Shown: positions 8,647 to 19,458, numbered from the stretch's first letter. The stretch is 64,000 nt of DNA from Candidatus Marinacidobacterales bacterium (GCA_965219415.1 OZ244742.1:864001-928000), one strand, 5' to 3'. A program made the numbers and translations. The notes: generated by a model from the sequence alone, not told the origin.

Positions 8647-10030
8647 GGGTTTACGCGGATTCGTGTGGGTAAGTTCTGACGGAAAAACAGTGTAACTCAT
8701 TGTGTGGAAAAGGTATCGAGTACTTCATCAGGTGCTGAAAAGTGGTCCATTTTTAGGATAGGCTAGCCGAGTGAAAAATTCCCAGTCGATCCGCTCGCTG
8801 TTTGCGCTGCCAGGTTTCGTGGTTGGTGCCGGATTGAAGGGTCTATTCGGTGACCGATACGCCCGCGTCATCCAGCTCAAGAGGCGAAAAAAACAGCTGT
8901 GTGCTCTTACTGTGGGCAACGGTGCCGGGGGCGCTATGACAAGCAAGTGTGCCGGGTCCGCGACCTGTCGTTGGCAGGCTGGCGGATCTATCTGGAATAC
9001 GAGCGTTGGCGCGTCAACTGTTCTGGGTGCGGCGGTGTGCATGTAGAACACCTAGACTGGCTGGCGAACAACTCGCGCTACACCCAGCGTTTTGCGACGC
9101 ATGTGGGCAAGCTGTGCCGGGATATGCCGAACAAGGCGGTGGCCGAGATGGAACGTCTGCACCACGGTACGGTGAAGGCTCTGGATACGCTCTACATGCA
9201 AGAGCAGGTCGACCGGGCGGGGCTACCGGCGCCTCGGGCCATCGGTGTCGATGAGATCTCCATCCGCAAGGGACATAACTATCGCGTCATTGTCAGCGAC
9301 CTGGAGCGGGCGCGTCCCATCTGGGTGGGCGGTGAGGGTCGCAAAGAAACCGACATCGATTTGTTCTTCAAGGCGCCGGGCGGAAAGAAAAGCGCCCGTA
9401 TCAAGCTGGCCGCCATGGATACGTGGAAGCCCTTCCGGAACTCGGTGATTCACAACGCGCCTAATGCGCGGATCATCTTCGACAAGTTTCATATCATGCG
9501 TCATCTGTCAAAGGCCTTCGATGAGGTCCGGCGCGGTGAGTACAAACGCCTCAGCGGCAAGGACCGGTCGTACATCAAGGGGCAGCGTTACACTTTGCTT
9601 TCCCGGCGGGAGAACCTGAGCCTAGACGGTCGCCGCGCACTCAAAAAGTTGCTCCAGGCCAACCGGCGCCTGAACACCGCCTATATTTTGAAGGAGGTCT
9701 TCGGGCAACTCTGGGATTACCGCACCGAACGCGGCGCTCGCGCCTTTTTCACTCGTTGGAAAGACAGCCTCAAATGGCAACGCCTGCATCCGTACCAGAA
9801 GTTCGCCGGTATGATTGAGTCCCATTGGGATGGTATCGCCTCCTACTGTCATCCGGAGAACAAAGTCAGTCTCGGCCTAGTTGAAGGGGTCAACAACAAA
9901 ATCCGTGTTCTGCAACGACGCGCCTACGGCTATCGCGACGAGGAATATCTCAAGCTGAAGATCGTGGCGACTTTCCTTCCGCCATTACCCAGAAATGCAG
10001 TTTTCAACCCACACGAATCCGCGTAGACCC
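8647..10030 (+). mobile_element. ISL3-family insertion sequence, copy 1 (1384 bp)
   Basis: Terminal IRs GGGTTTACGCGGATTCGTGTGGGT / ACCCACACGAATCCGCGTAGACCC; 8-bp TSD TATAATAT at 8639-8646 and 10031-10038. Confidence 0.96.
8771..10026 (+). CDS. ISL3 transposase, probable -1 programmed frameshift at the A7 run (8887-8893)
   Basis: CxxC...CxxC, IGVDE, AAMD, FDKFH, VEGVNNKIR..RRAYGYRD; short upstream ORF joins the main ORF via AAAAAAAC. Confidence 0.92.
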
Positions 10031-10044
10031 TATAATATTAGATC

Positions 10045-11592
10045 ATGCATGTGCTGACAGCTTCCGAAATGCGTGAGGCGGATCGCCGCACCATCGAAGA
10101 GATCGGCATACCCGGCCGCGCTCTCATGGAGAGTGCCGGGCAGGCGGTGGTAAGGACGCTCGAGCGAACGCTGCCCGATCTTCGCTCGCGAAGAGTCGCG
10201 GTGCTATGCGGAAAAGGCAACAACGGAGGCGACGGGCTAGTGGTTTTGAGATATTTGGCGACCCACGGCATCGCCGCCCGCGCTTGGGTCCTCTGCAGAT
10301 TCGAGGAGTTGAAAGGCGATGCGAAAGCCAATCTTGAAGCCGCTCAGAAACTCGGTCTCTCCGTCGAGGCCGTTCCCAACGAGTCGAAATGGCACGCCGT
10401 CCTCCCCCAGGTCGCTCACTCCGAACTCGTCGTCGACGCTTTGTTGGGAACCGGTTTGGCCAGTGCTGCACGCGGCCTGCTCCAAACAGCGATCCATGAC
10501 CTCAACGGGATTCCCGCCTTCACGGTATCGGTGGATGTGCCTTCCGGCCTCTCTTCGGATACAGGAGAGGTGCCCGGCGAGACGATCGGAGCCGACCTCA
10601 CCGTAGCCCTGGCGGCCCCGAAGGTCTGCCACATACTTCCTCCCGCTTGTACACGCGCGGGTCGGCTCGAGGTGGTGGACATCGGAATCCCGGAACCCGT
10701 TCTGGAAAGCGTCGGCAGTCGTCTTCAAACCATCGAGGCCGAGTCTTTGACACCCTTCCTGCCCAAACGAAGGCCCGATGCGCACAAAGGTGACTTCGGC
10801 CACCTCTTGATTGTCGGTGGATCGGTAGGCAAACCTGGAGCTCCAACCATGGCGGCGAATGCCGCACTCCGTTCAGGGGTAGGCCTGGTGACCGTGGCGT
10901 CGGCGCGCGGAGCGCTGCCCCTGATGGCGCCCGCTCTACCGGAATCCATGTGGGAGCCTCTCGCGGAAACCAGCGACGGTGCCATCTCCCAAGCTGCCTA
11001 CCCGCGGCTGCAAGAATTGTTGGAGGGTAAGACCGCACTGGCGATCGGTCCCGGGCTCGGTCGCCATCCAGAAACCATCGCCTTGGTGAAGAAGTTGGTG
11101 CAAGAAACGAAGCTCCCCATGGTGATCGACGCGGATGGCCTCAACGCTTTCGAAGGAGAGGTAGCCTCTATTCCACCGAACAGACCTGTCGGTCTCACTC
11201 CGCATCTCGGCGAAGCCGCCCGGTTACTCGGATGCGCAGCGAGCGACATTCAAACGAACCGGCTCGAGTCAGCGCGCAAGCTCTCATCGCTGACGAAGGC
11301 ATTCGTCGTGCTCAAGGGTCATCGCAGTCTCATTTCGGACCCCGCCGGCCAGGTTCACATCAATCTGACCGGGAACCCCGGGATGGCAACTGGGGGCACC
11401 GGAGATGTACTGACCGGTATCGTGGGAGCACTTCTCTCGAGACTACCGACCGGCGAGGCCCTGCGCCTCGGTGTCTTCCTGCACGGCCTTGCCGGCGATC
11501 TCGCGGCTGGAGAAACAGGGGAAACGTCTCTCATCGCAACCGATTTGATTCGCAAGCTGCCGAACGCCATTCGCAGCTTGGAGGACGATTGA
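10045..11592 (+). CDS. nnr: Bifunctional NAD(P)HX epimerase/dehydratase
   Basis: GKGNNGGDG, DALLGTG, VDVPSG, HKGDFG, IDADGL, GGTGDVLTG. Confidence 0.95.
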   Translation: MHVLTASEMREADRRTIEEIGIPGRALMESAGQAVVRTLERTLPDLRSRRVAVLCGKGNNGGDGLVVLRYLATHGIAARAWVLCRFEELKGDAKANLEAAQKLGLSVEAVPNESKWHAVLPQVAHSELVVDALLGTGLASAARGLLQTAIHDLNGIPAFTVSVDVPSGLSSDTGEVPGETIGADLTVALAAPKVCHILPPACTRAGRLEVVDIGIPEPVLESVGSRLQTIEAESLTPFLPKRRPDAHKGDFGHLLIVGGSVGKPGAPTMAANAALRSGVGLVTVASARGALPLMAPALPESMWEPLAETSDGAISQAAYPRLQELLEGKTALAIGPGLGRHPETIALVKKLVQETKLPMVIDADGLNAFEGEVASIPPNRPVGLTPHLGEAARLLGCAASDIQTNRLESARKLSSLTKAFVVLKGHRSLISDPAGQVHINLTGNPGMATGGTGDVLTGIVGALLSRLPTGEALRLGVFLHGLAGDLAAGETGETSLIATDLIRKLPNAIRSLEDD

Positions 11593-12071
11593 AGGCTTCA
11601 TCCGCCTCGAAGGAGACTGTCCATTGCAGCGGGTCGCCCGAGGCGACCATCGCTCTCGGGAAGTCGCTCGCAGAACTTCATCCCGACGGAGCTTGTTTTT
11701 ATCTCGACGGGGATCTCGGCGCCGGGAAAACACTGCTCGCCAAGGGAATCGCGGCCGGCTACGGAGTGGAGCCCGACCGCGTGGTCAGCCCGACATTCGC
11801 CTTGGTAAACCGGTACAGCGGCGGAAGTCGCGTCGTATATCACGTCGACCTCTACCGTATTGAAAACGAACGTGAGCTCGAAGAGCTGGGACTCGAAGAG
11901 CTGGAAGAGGAAGTAGAAGGACGGGGTGCGGCGATGGTGGTAGAGTGGCCCGGCAAACTCGACGAGCTGGGGCGCGGTTCTAGCACTGCCGCGGTGCGGA
12001 TCCACTTGCAAGTGTTGGACGAACAAACACGCGAGATTAGGGTCTCCGAAGCCAAAGCGAGAGGAGCGTGA
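11589..12071 (+). CDS. tsaE: tRNA t6A biosynthesis ATPase TsaE
   Basis: GDLGAGKT, SPTFALV, HVDLYR, VVEW; TTG start overlaps nnr stop. Confidence 0.93.
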   Translation: MKASSASKETVHCSGSPEATIALGKSLAELHPDGACFYLDGDLGAGKTLLAKGIAAGYGVEPDRVVSPTFALVNRYSGGSRVVYHVDLYRIENERELEELGLEELEEEVEGRGAAMVVEWPGKLDELGRGSSTAAVRIHLQVLDEQTREIRVSEAKARGA

Positions 12072-12072
12072 A

Positions 12073-12975
12073 GTGAAAGAGTTGAGAGGCATCATCGCAC
12101 CTATCCCGACCGCTTTCGATGACGACGAAGCTTTGGCGCTCGATCGCATGGCCGACAACATCAAGCGCTGGAGCGAGACCAGGCTCGCCGGTTTCGCGGT
12201 GCTCGGCTCGACCGGTGAGTTCGTTTACCTAACCGAAGAAGAGAAAAAGAGGGTGCTGGGACGAGCCCGACAAGAAATCGGGAGCAACAAGATCATGTTG
12301 GCGGGGACAGGCTGCGAGTCGACGCGCCAAACCGTTGCGCTTACACGTTGGGCGGGAGAGACGGGGGTAGACCTCGCAATGGTCATCACGCCCGCCTACT
12401 ACAAACGTGCGATGACCTCAGACGCGTTGCGAGCCCACTATTTGGAGGTCGCGGAACAGAGTCCGATACCGGTCGTGCTCTACAACGTGCCCATCTTTAC
12501 GATGCTTAACATGGGTGCCGAATTGGCGGTGGAGCTCGCCTCCCACCCGAACATCGTGGGGATGAAAGACAGCGCGGGAGACATGCTCCAACTACAGGAG
12601 ATCTGTCGCCTCGCCCCACCAGAGTTTTCGGTCTTGACCGGTTCGGGTAGCCTTCTGCTGGCCGCGTTGACCGTGGGCGCACGGGGCGCGATCCTCGCGG
12701 TGGCCAACATCGCCTACGATCTCGCGATCGATCTCATGGAGTCTTTCGAACGCGGAGACTTAGAGCGTGCGCGCAAGCTCCAGCACGCGCTAGTGCCAGT
12801 CCACCAGGCCTTGGCGATCGATTTCGGCATTGCGGGCCTCAAATTCCTCCTCGATCAAATCGGCTTTTACGGGGGCCCTCCGCGAACACCACTTCGCCGC
12901 CCGAAGCAGGACGCCCAACAGAAACTCGTCGAGATCCATTCGAGGGCGGCGAAGGTGGAAGTGAGCCGTTCATGA
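12073..12975 (+). CDS. Dihydrodipicolinate synthase family aldolase
   Basis: GSTGE, LYNVP, GMKDS. Confidence 0.9.
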   Translation: MKELRGIIAPIPTAFDDDEALALDRMADNIKRWSETRLAGFAVLGSTGEFVYLTEEEKKRVLGRARQEIGSNKIMLAGTGCESTRQTVALTRWAGETGVDLAMVITPAYYKRAMTSDALRAHYLEVAEQSPIPVVLYNVPIFTMLNMGAELAVELASHPNIVGMKDSAGDMLQLQEICRLAPPEFSVLTGSGSLLLAALTVGARGAILAVANIAYDLAIDLMESFERGDLERARKLQHALVPVHQALAIDFGIAGLKFLLDQIGFYGGPPRTPLRRPKQDAQQKLVEIHSRAAKVEVSRS

Positions 12976-14420
12976 GATGTTGGGGGGCGACCCTCTTGGT
13001 CGCTCAACTTCTCGCTCTAGCCGGCTGTCGGAGTGAGCCTGACGATGTCGAGCCGGTAGCGACCAACGCCGGCGTCAACGTATTGCTCCTCACCATTGAT
13101 ACGCTTCGCGCCGATCACCTGAGCTCCTACGGTTACCCTCGGCAGACGAGCCCGGCGATCGACGGCTTGGCGGCCCGTGGCGTCCTCTTCGACAACGCAT
13201 TTACCTACTGGCCGAAGACGCGTGGCAGCTTTGCGGCGATGTTCACATCACTCTATGCCGCGCAGAACGGTCTCACCGTACGCGACCGCGATTTGCCGGA
13301 TTACAACCAAACCCTAGCCGAGGTGTTGAAAGACGCCGGGTACTCGACGGCCGCCGCCGTGGACAATGGCAACCTAGACCGCGCACTAGGCTTTGCTCAA
13401 GGATTCGACCGCTACCAACAGGTCTGGCTCACCGGGGGGGCCGAGGTGGAAAAAACCGAGGAGCTCACGAGCTTCGCAGTCGACTTCTTTGCGAGCTACG
13501 AAGAGACGAAACCGTTTTTCCTCTGGATCCATTTTGTGAACCCCCACACTCCTTACGACCCACCGGAGGATTTCCTGAACGCCTTCCGGGACGATGAGGT
13601 CGTCCCCCGCGGACCGGAACTAGAACCGGTGGTTGGCTACCACGGAGGCGTCAACCGCCGTCTCTTCGTTCCCGGTGAGACACGCTGGGGCGATTACGTC
13701 GACCGTTACGACGCCGAGATCGCCTTCGCCGATCGTCATGTCGGGCGCGTCCTGGATGCTCTCGAGGAGAGTAGCCAACACAACTCCACGCTCGTCGTCT
13801 TCACTTCGGATCACGGTGAGAGTCTTGGCGAGCACGATTACTTCTTCGATCACGGCCACGATCTCTTCGATCCGTCGCTGCGCGTTCCTCTGATCCTCTC
13901 CTTCCCGGGGATTCTTCCTCAAGGCGAGATTGTTCAAGCCGCCGTCTCGACCTTGGACATCTTTCCCAGCGTATTGGATCTCGCGCAAGTAACTTTTCCG
14001 CCTGGTTTGCAGGGCCGATCACTCCTAACGTTGGTGCGGCGCAGCCAGGATCGCTTGCACGACCGACTCTTCCTTCAGAACGATAGGCACCAGGTGGGAA
14101 TTTCCAACGGCCGCCTGAAACTGATCCTCTACCCAGAAACGCCGGAGACAAAGAGTCGCTACGAGCTCTTCGATACGTGGCGCGATCCGGACGAGCTGAT
14201 AAACCGCTACGTTGACTCAGAGGATGCGGTCGCTCCACTTCAGGCAGAGCTCGGGAGTTTTCAGATTCGAACGGTAGCCTGGCAACAGGAGACCGATCGC
14301 AATCGCGGTGGTGCTCCTGCGCGACAAGATGAGGAGCTGTCACAAGAAACACGTCGGAACCTAGAGGCGCTCGGCTATTTGGGAACGAGCAGCAAGAAAA
14401 AGGGGACGGAAGAAAACTAG
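12972..14420 (+). CDS. Sulfatase-like lipoprotein
   Basis: Lipobox LAGC; IDTLRADHL, PHTPY, TSDHGE, LEALGY; T instead of C/S at the formylglycine position (PKTRGSF). Confidence 0.88.
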   Translation: MRCWGATLLVAQLLALAGCRSEPDDVEPVATNAGVNVLLLTIDTLRADHLSSYGYPRQTSPAIDGLAARGVLFDNAFTYWPKTRGSFAAMFTSLYAAQNGLTVRDRDLPDYNQTLAEVLKDAGYSTAAAVDNGNLDRALGFAQGFDRYQQVWLTGGAEVEKTEELTSFAVDFFASYEETKPFFLWIHFVNPHTPYDPPEDFLNAFRDDEVVPRGPELEPVVGYHGGVNRRLFVPGETRWGDYVDRYDAEIAFADRHVGRVLDALEESSQHNSTLVVFTSDHGESLGEHDYFFDHGHDLFDPSLRVPLILSFPGILPQGEIVQAAVSTLDIFPSVLDLAQVTFPPGLQGRSLLTLVRRSQDRLHDRLFLQNDRHQVGISNGRLKLILYPETPETKSRYELFDTWRDPDELINRYVDSEDAVAPLQAELGSFQIRTVAWQQETDRNRGGAPARQDEELSQETRRNLEALGYLGTSSKKKGTEEN

Positions 14421-14600
14421 GCTCGGCCTAGCCCCTACACAAAGACCCGAATAAGCTTCGAGATTCGCCGGCCGTCCCACAAGATGGGGAACCTGGAAAC
14501 TGTGTACCGGTAGCGGTAACGATACTCACCTTGAACAAGAGCTCGGGGAGACCTGGCGCGAGCGCGTCTGGCACGACGTGAAGCCGGTGGCCGCGTCTCA

Positions 14601-14682
14601 ACTCCGTCCGGAAAGAGTAGAAACGACGGCTTCGGTTCACGGACCCGGGTTCAGGGGCTAAACTACTCTTTCCGGACGGAGT
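14601..14682. repeat. Perfect 20-bp inverted repeat
   Basis: ACTCCGTCCGGAAAGAGTAG at 14601-14620 and its reverse complement at 14663-14682. Confidence 0.85.
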
Positions 14683-15097
14683 ACTTTCGGCGCCTGACAT
14701 ACGGTGTTCACTTGCCGGCGTCTGTCGCGACCTCGGAAGCTTCCGGATGGAGGGCGCGACATCCGGCTTCGGCGCAATCTCCGCCACCAGCACCAGAAGC
14801 TCGCGCTTGGTCTTGTGGGTTGCTCGAGCCAAGAGCTCCTCGCAATTGGCGTCGGTAAGATGCGGCGCCAGCGCCGCGATGCCGCTCAAGTGAAGACGCC
14901 CATCGTCGAGCATCGTCAGCAGCACCGGATGTCGGCGCGACGCCCGTGCGGCGGCTATCCGTAGGTAGGCTTCTGCCTCGGATAAGTGCAACACGTCAGT
15001 GGCGTATTTAAACATCGATGACGAAGCTTCTCGGGCATACAGTCGCCGCCCGTCCACTTTGGCAATATGTGCGACCAACTCTGACTCGACACGCCAT
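14660..15097 (-). pseudogene. Remnant of DUF222-like/HNH endonuclease-associated protein
   Basis: ELVAHIAKVDGRRLY...SSMFKYATDVLHLSEAEAYLRIAAAR...GRLHLS...KTKRE typical of this family; native start and C-terminal HNH domain absent. Confidence 0.7.
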
Positions 15098-15291
15098 GAC
15101 GCCACAATCCCTATCCCGAAGCCCTCGGCCCCCGGTGGCGATCTTCGTTGTGCACGACCGCCTCGGAGTTGACGCATGGGAGCACGGTTGGTGAAGGCGT
15201 CCAGGCGCTGGGCCGCTGAGGAGGATACTCGGGGACAGGCCGAAGCGAGAAAAAAGGGGAAGCCGAAAACTAGGCCGGGGGCAACAAACGC

Positions 15292-16884
15292 CTACACCGA
15301 GATCTGAACTAGCTTCGGAGCCTCGACACCTTTACATACTCGGCAGGTCTCGTTCTCGAGTACGTCGTTCCACATCTGTTCTCGCATGTGACGCCATCCG
15401 GGACCGTTCCAAATCTCCTCGATGGTTTGCTTCTTGATGTCCCCTACCGACAACCGGCCCTCGTAGTCGGTGCAGCATACCGTGACCCGACCGTCCCATA
15501 AGATGACGAACTGCTCGTTCGGTGCGGGGCAATAGCCATCCACTGTCTTTCGGACTTCCTCCGGTTGGATGATATTGCCCCAGGTATGGAGGCGCTTCCA
15601 GATGAGGTCCACTCCCGGCAACAAGGTGTACCGGCCAGTGTCCTCGTCATGGTCGAGGAAACGGAAGCCCCCCTGAACGGAGTCCATGTTGTGCGATGTG
15701 GGCGGCAAGCCGTACTTTCTCTCGAGCGAACGGGCAAACGCTATCCACTCGAGTAGAACGCGGCTGGCGCGGGTCTCCTCGTTGACGATTTGGATCTCGG
15801 AGGAGCCGGCGGTGTTCATGACATCGATCTCGAGATAGGTGGACGCGGAGAGCGCCACCTTGCGCTCCACTGCCATCCGAACCTTTTCCATGTAAATATC
15901 GAACGTCAGATTCTTATTGATTACCTTCCGTGTCTTGAAGGACTCTTCATCCGGTGTCTGGTAGCTCAGAATGAAATTCGTCAGACCGGCCTGGTAGAGT
16001 CCGTCCACTAGTTCCGAGGTCAGCAAGCTGCAATTAGTATTGAGCTCGATGGGAATACCTTGCGACTCCGCATAGGCAACGATCTCGACCAGCTTCGGAT
16101 GAAGCGTCGGCTCGCCCATTTGGTGTAGTTTGACTGGATAGAGTGGCCCGATTCTTTGCTTCTCCTTCGCGATCATGTCGAAGATGCGACGCGCTTCCTC
16201 GAAATCCATCATTCCGCGTTTGCGGTCCATGATTTCGTCTGGGCAGAACGTGCAGTGGAAGTTGCAAACGTTGGTGAGCTCCACGAAGAGCCACCAGATG
16301 GGGTAGACCCGATGGGGCGACTTGCGTAGCGAAGGAAGCGGCGCCTGAACGGAGAACACCGTGGCGTCTTCGGGCAGCTCGGGTGACACCGCAACCCTCG
16401 ACACGTGGAAGTCTTGCCTTAGCTCAAGCCGGAAGCTCGCGTCCAGGTTCTGAGGACGGTCCGCGTCAAAATCTTCAACGACGAAAAGGCACTTCCTCCA
16501 TGTCGGCTCAGCCGTTTCCTCACCTGTCCAAAACTGCTCGGCTTCTTTGTATAGCCCGTCGTACGGTGCGGACCGATCCGTCGAGCTGTACTGCAGCCTA
16601 AACGTTCCGGATGACTTCCCGTAGTATTCGATCTCTATGACCAGACGTTCTGCCAGCTTGTCCCTCAACTTCGGCGCCAACTGGAGGTACAAGTACTGAG
16701 AATGCCGCTCCGGAGTGGCACCTAAGCGGTCGGAGAGCTTGACCAGCTCGTATCTGCCGTCGCCCTCGTTGGCAAGCCCAAGCGAGCCGTCGGCGCTCTT
16801 GGGGCCCGCCTCGACAGACACAACCGTTCGGGCATCGGACTTCCGCCCTAGCAGCGCGCCAACTCGTTCAAATACAGTAGCCAT
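15292..16884 (-). CDS. Radical SAM/SPASM protein with extra N-terminal beta-rich domain
   Basis: CNFHCTFC, MGEPTLHP, SPASM-like C...DGRVTVCC..D...CRVC. Confidence 0.9.
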   Translation of the reverse strand: MATVFERVGALLGRKSDARTVVSVEAGPKSADGSLGLANEGDGRYELVKLSDRLGATPERHSQYLYLQLAPKLRDKLAERLVIEIEYYGKSSGTFRLQYSSTDRSAPYDGLYKEAEQFWTGEETAEPTWRKCLFVVEDFDADRPQNLDASFRLELRQDFHVSRVAVSPELPEDATVFSVQAPLPSLRKSPHRVYPIWWLFVELTNVCNFHCTFCPDEIMDRKRGMMDFEEARRIFDMIAKEKQRIGPLYPVKLHQMGEPTLHPKLVEIVAYAESQGIPIELNTNCSLLTSELVDGLYQAGLTNFILSYQTPDEESFKTRKVINKNLTFDIYMEKVRMAVERKVALSASTYLEIDVMNTAGSSEIQIVNEETRASRVLLEWIAFARSLERKYGLPPTSHNMDSVQGGFRFLDHDEDTGRYTLLPGVDLIWKRLHTWGNIIQPEEVRKTVDGYCPAPNEQFVILWDGRVTVCCTDYEGRLSVGDIKKQTIEEIWNGPGWRHMREQMWNDVLENETCRVCKGVEAPKLVQISV

Positions 16885-16922
16885 ACGGTTGATAGCGAGT
16901 ATATATCACCCCGTCGATCGCC

Positions 16923-17951
16923 TCAACGAGCCTCACCCATCTCTAAACCAGGCGGAAACGATTTGGCGATTTCCTCGATCCAGGGCTCGATCTGAGTGTA
17001 AACGACGTTTTGAACGATAAACTTGTAGACAAAGCTCTTGTCGTCACGCACGAAGTAGAAGGTCCTTTCCAAGTAGCTGGCGAGTTGAGTCTCGGTACCG
17101 TAGAGATTGGAAATACCTTTTCCGCCCGCCACCTGCTCGTGACGAACCAAACGGTAGTTGTCCCCCAAGGTGTCGGTCCGTTCCGTGTAAAAAGCCTCCA
17201 AAGTGGTTCCCGGGGAAAGAGTGTTCACGCTGACTTCGAGCGTCGCGTGGATGCCTCTAGCCAAAGCCGGGCTGCGGAAACCAACGTAAAAGGATTTGCC
17301 AGGATCCCCTAGAGATTTCGTCCTATGCCAGGAACGAGGATGGCGAAACTGCAACGATAGCTCCGGCCGCGAGTAGACTCCGAAAAACGGTTCCCGCTCA
17401 ACCGAAAATTGATTCCACATCGCGTCCAGAACCGAACTGTAGGACGCAACTGTCCCCGCTTCGCCGTGGGCGTAGATGCCGTACAGTATTCCCTCGATCG
17501 GGGTCAACATGAGACGTGACTGCTCGGCACCATCCTGAGACGAGAAGTACCAACTCTTACCGGCGAAACCGTGCAAAGAATAGCCGCGCGCGAGGGACAC
17601 CTCTTGTCCTTCCACGTACCGTTCCGCGATCTCTTCCACAGTTCGCCCGCTCGGTATTGGGCCGGTCATGACCTGCACGCGGATTCCCGGCCGCTCGGGC
17701 ACATCGACTGAGGGCCCGGTGAAGATCTGCATCTTGAATCCAGCCTGGGAACCGACCTCCGTGCTCCAACCGGCGGGGATAGGTATGGATATCGACAACA
17801 GAGGACTGTAGACGGTGACGAGTGTTTGGGAAACACCGGCGCACGTCGAAAGCGAGGCGGTCGCCACCACCGCGATAACAAACCAAGAACGGAACGACGC
17901 AACCACTTGGGGGTTTCTCAGGATAATTTCTCTAAGGTGAGGAGTTCTCAC
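16923..17951 (-). CDS. Exported hypothetical protein with two PsbP/Mog1-like repeats
   Basis: Hydrophobic signal region; ISIPIPAGW and LQFRHPRSW repeat starts. Confidence 0.6.
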   Translation of the reverse strand: MRTPHLREIILRNPQVVASFRSWFVIAVVATASLSTCAGVSQTLVTVYSPLLSISIPIPAGWSTEVGSQAGFKMQIFTGPSVDVPERPGIRVQVMTGPIPSGRTVEEIAERYVEGQEVSLARGYSLHGFAGKSWYFSSQDGAEQSRLMLTPIEGILYGIYAHGEAGTVASYSSVLDAMWNQFSVEREPFFGVYSRPELSLQFRHPRSWHRTKSLGDPGKSFYVGFRSPALARGIHATLEVSVNTLSPGTTLEAFYTERTDTLGDNYRLVRHEQVAGGKGISNLYGTETQLASYLERTFYFVRDDKSFVYKFIVQNVVYTQIEPWIEEIAKSFPPGLEMGEAR

Positions 17952-17966
17952 CGTGAGGCTCTTGTC

Positions 17967-19427
17967 TTAGTCGCGCTGGTAGTTGGGGGCTTCCTTAGTG
18001 ATGATGACATCATGGACGTGGCCTTCCCGGTGCCCTGCCTGAGTGACACGCACGAACTTGGCGCGCGTTTTCAACTCTTTGATGTTTCTGCAACCACAAT
18101 AGCCCATGCCCGCCTGCAGCCCACCGACTAGCTGGGTTACGACGCCGGACAAACTCCCCTTGGATGGAACCCGCCCCTCGATCCCCTCCGGAACCAACTT
18201 CGAGGCATCCACCTCTTGCTGGAAATATCGGTCCCGAGTGACATCGCTCATGGCTCCTAGAGAACCCATTCCCCGATAGGTCTTGAACGTGCGGCCCTGG
18301 TACAGGATCGTCTCTCCGGGACTCTCATCGGTGCCGGCAAACAGACCGCCGAGCATGACCGCGTCGGCCCCCGCGGCGATGGCCTTGGTGATATCACCGC
18401 TGAACTTGATTCCCCCGTCCGCGATCAGGGGAACGTCGGACTGGCTCGCAGCACCGGCACAATCGATCACCGCGGTGATCTGAGGTACGCCGGCGCCCGA
18501 GATCACTCGCGTTGTACAGATCGAGCCCGGCCCCATGCCGATCTTCACCGCGTCGGCTCCCGCTTGAACCAAATCACGGGTCGCTTCGCCAGTGCCAACG
18601 TTTCCCGCCACCACCTCAACGTCGGCATGCTTGCTCTTGAGCTTCTCGACGGTCTCCAGGACTTTCTTGCTGTGACCGTGCGCGGTGTCCACCACCAGGG
18701 CATCCACCTGAGCATCTACCAATACGTTGGCTCTCTCTATAGCCTCCTCCCCCACACCGATGGCTGCTGCGCATCGGAGGCGGCCCAACTCATCTTTGCA
18801 GGCAAGAGGGTACTTTATGGCCTTTTGAATATCCTTGACGGTGATCAATCCTTTCAGGTTGTACTCCTCGTCCACCACCAGCAGTTTTTCAACTTTGTGC
18901 TGGTGCAGAATCTCCTTGGCTTCGGCGAGATTCGTTCCAACCGGAACGGTGATCAGATTGTCCTTCGTCATGACGTCGGAGATTAGAAGATCCATTCGGG
19001 TCTCGAATCTGAGGTCGCGGTTGGTGAGAATGCCGACGAGCTTTCCGTCCACCACCACCGGGACACCCGAGAACCGATACTTAGCCATGACCGCCTGCGC
19101 TTCGGCAATGGACCGATCGGGGGTCATGGTAATCGGGTCGACGATCATCCCGCTCTCCGAGCGCTTTACTTTGTCGACCTCGTCCGCTTGTTGCTCCCGA
19201 GTCATGTTGCGGTGAATGACGCCCAGTCCGCCAAGCTGGGCAATAGCGATGGCCAAGCGCGATTCGGTCACGGTGTCCATCCCCGAGCTCACGATGGGGA
19301 TGTTGAGTTGAATGCGACGGCTGAACTTGGTCTTGGTATCGACTTGGGAGGGCAGGACGTCAGACTTCTGGGGGACCAAGAGGACGTCTTCAAAAGTGAG
19401 AGCGATTGGAAACTTGTCGTCGTTCAA
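17967..19427 (-). CDS. guaB: IMP dehydrogenase
   Basis: MDTVTE, CBS pair, [21 protein letters not shown]. Confidence 0.98.
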   Translation of the reverse strand: MNDDKFPIALTFEDVLLVPQKSDVLPSQVDTKTKFSRRIQLNIPIVSSGMDTVTESRLAIAIAQLGGLGVIHRNMTREQQADEVDKVKRSESGMIVDPITMTPDRSIAEAQAVMAKYRFSGVPVVVDGKLVGILTNRDLRFETRMDLLISDVMTKDNLITVPVGTNLAEAKEILHQHKVEKLLVVDEEYNLKGLITVKDIQKAIKYPLACKDELGRLRCAAAIGVGEEAIERANVLVDAQVDALVVDTAHGHSKKVLETVEKLKSKHADVEVVAGNVGTGEATRDLVQAGADAVKIGMGPGSICTTRVISGAGVPQITAVIDCAGAASQSDVPLIADGGIKFSGDITKAIAAGADAVMLGGLFAGTDESPGETILYQGRTFKTYRGMGSLGAMSDVTRDRYFQQEVDASKLVPEGIEGRVPSKGSLSGVVTQLVGGLQAGMGYCGCRNIKELKTRAKFVRVTQAGHREGHVHDVIITKEAPNYQRD

Positions 19428-19458
19428 GGCTCACGCTCCCTGCTGATAATGCCGCGGA

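Noticed and set aside
11232-11588. Apparent N-terminal extension of TsaE
   Set aside because: It overlaps nnr in another frame; the real start is likely TTG 11589
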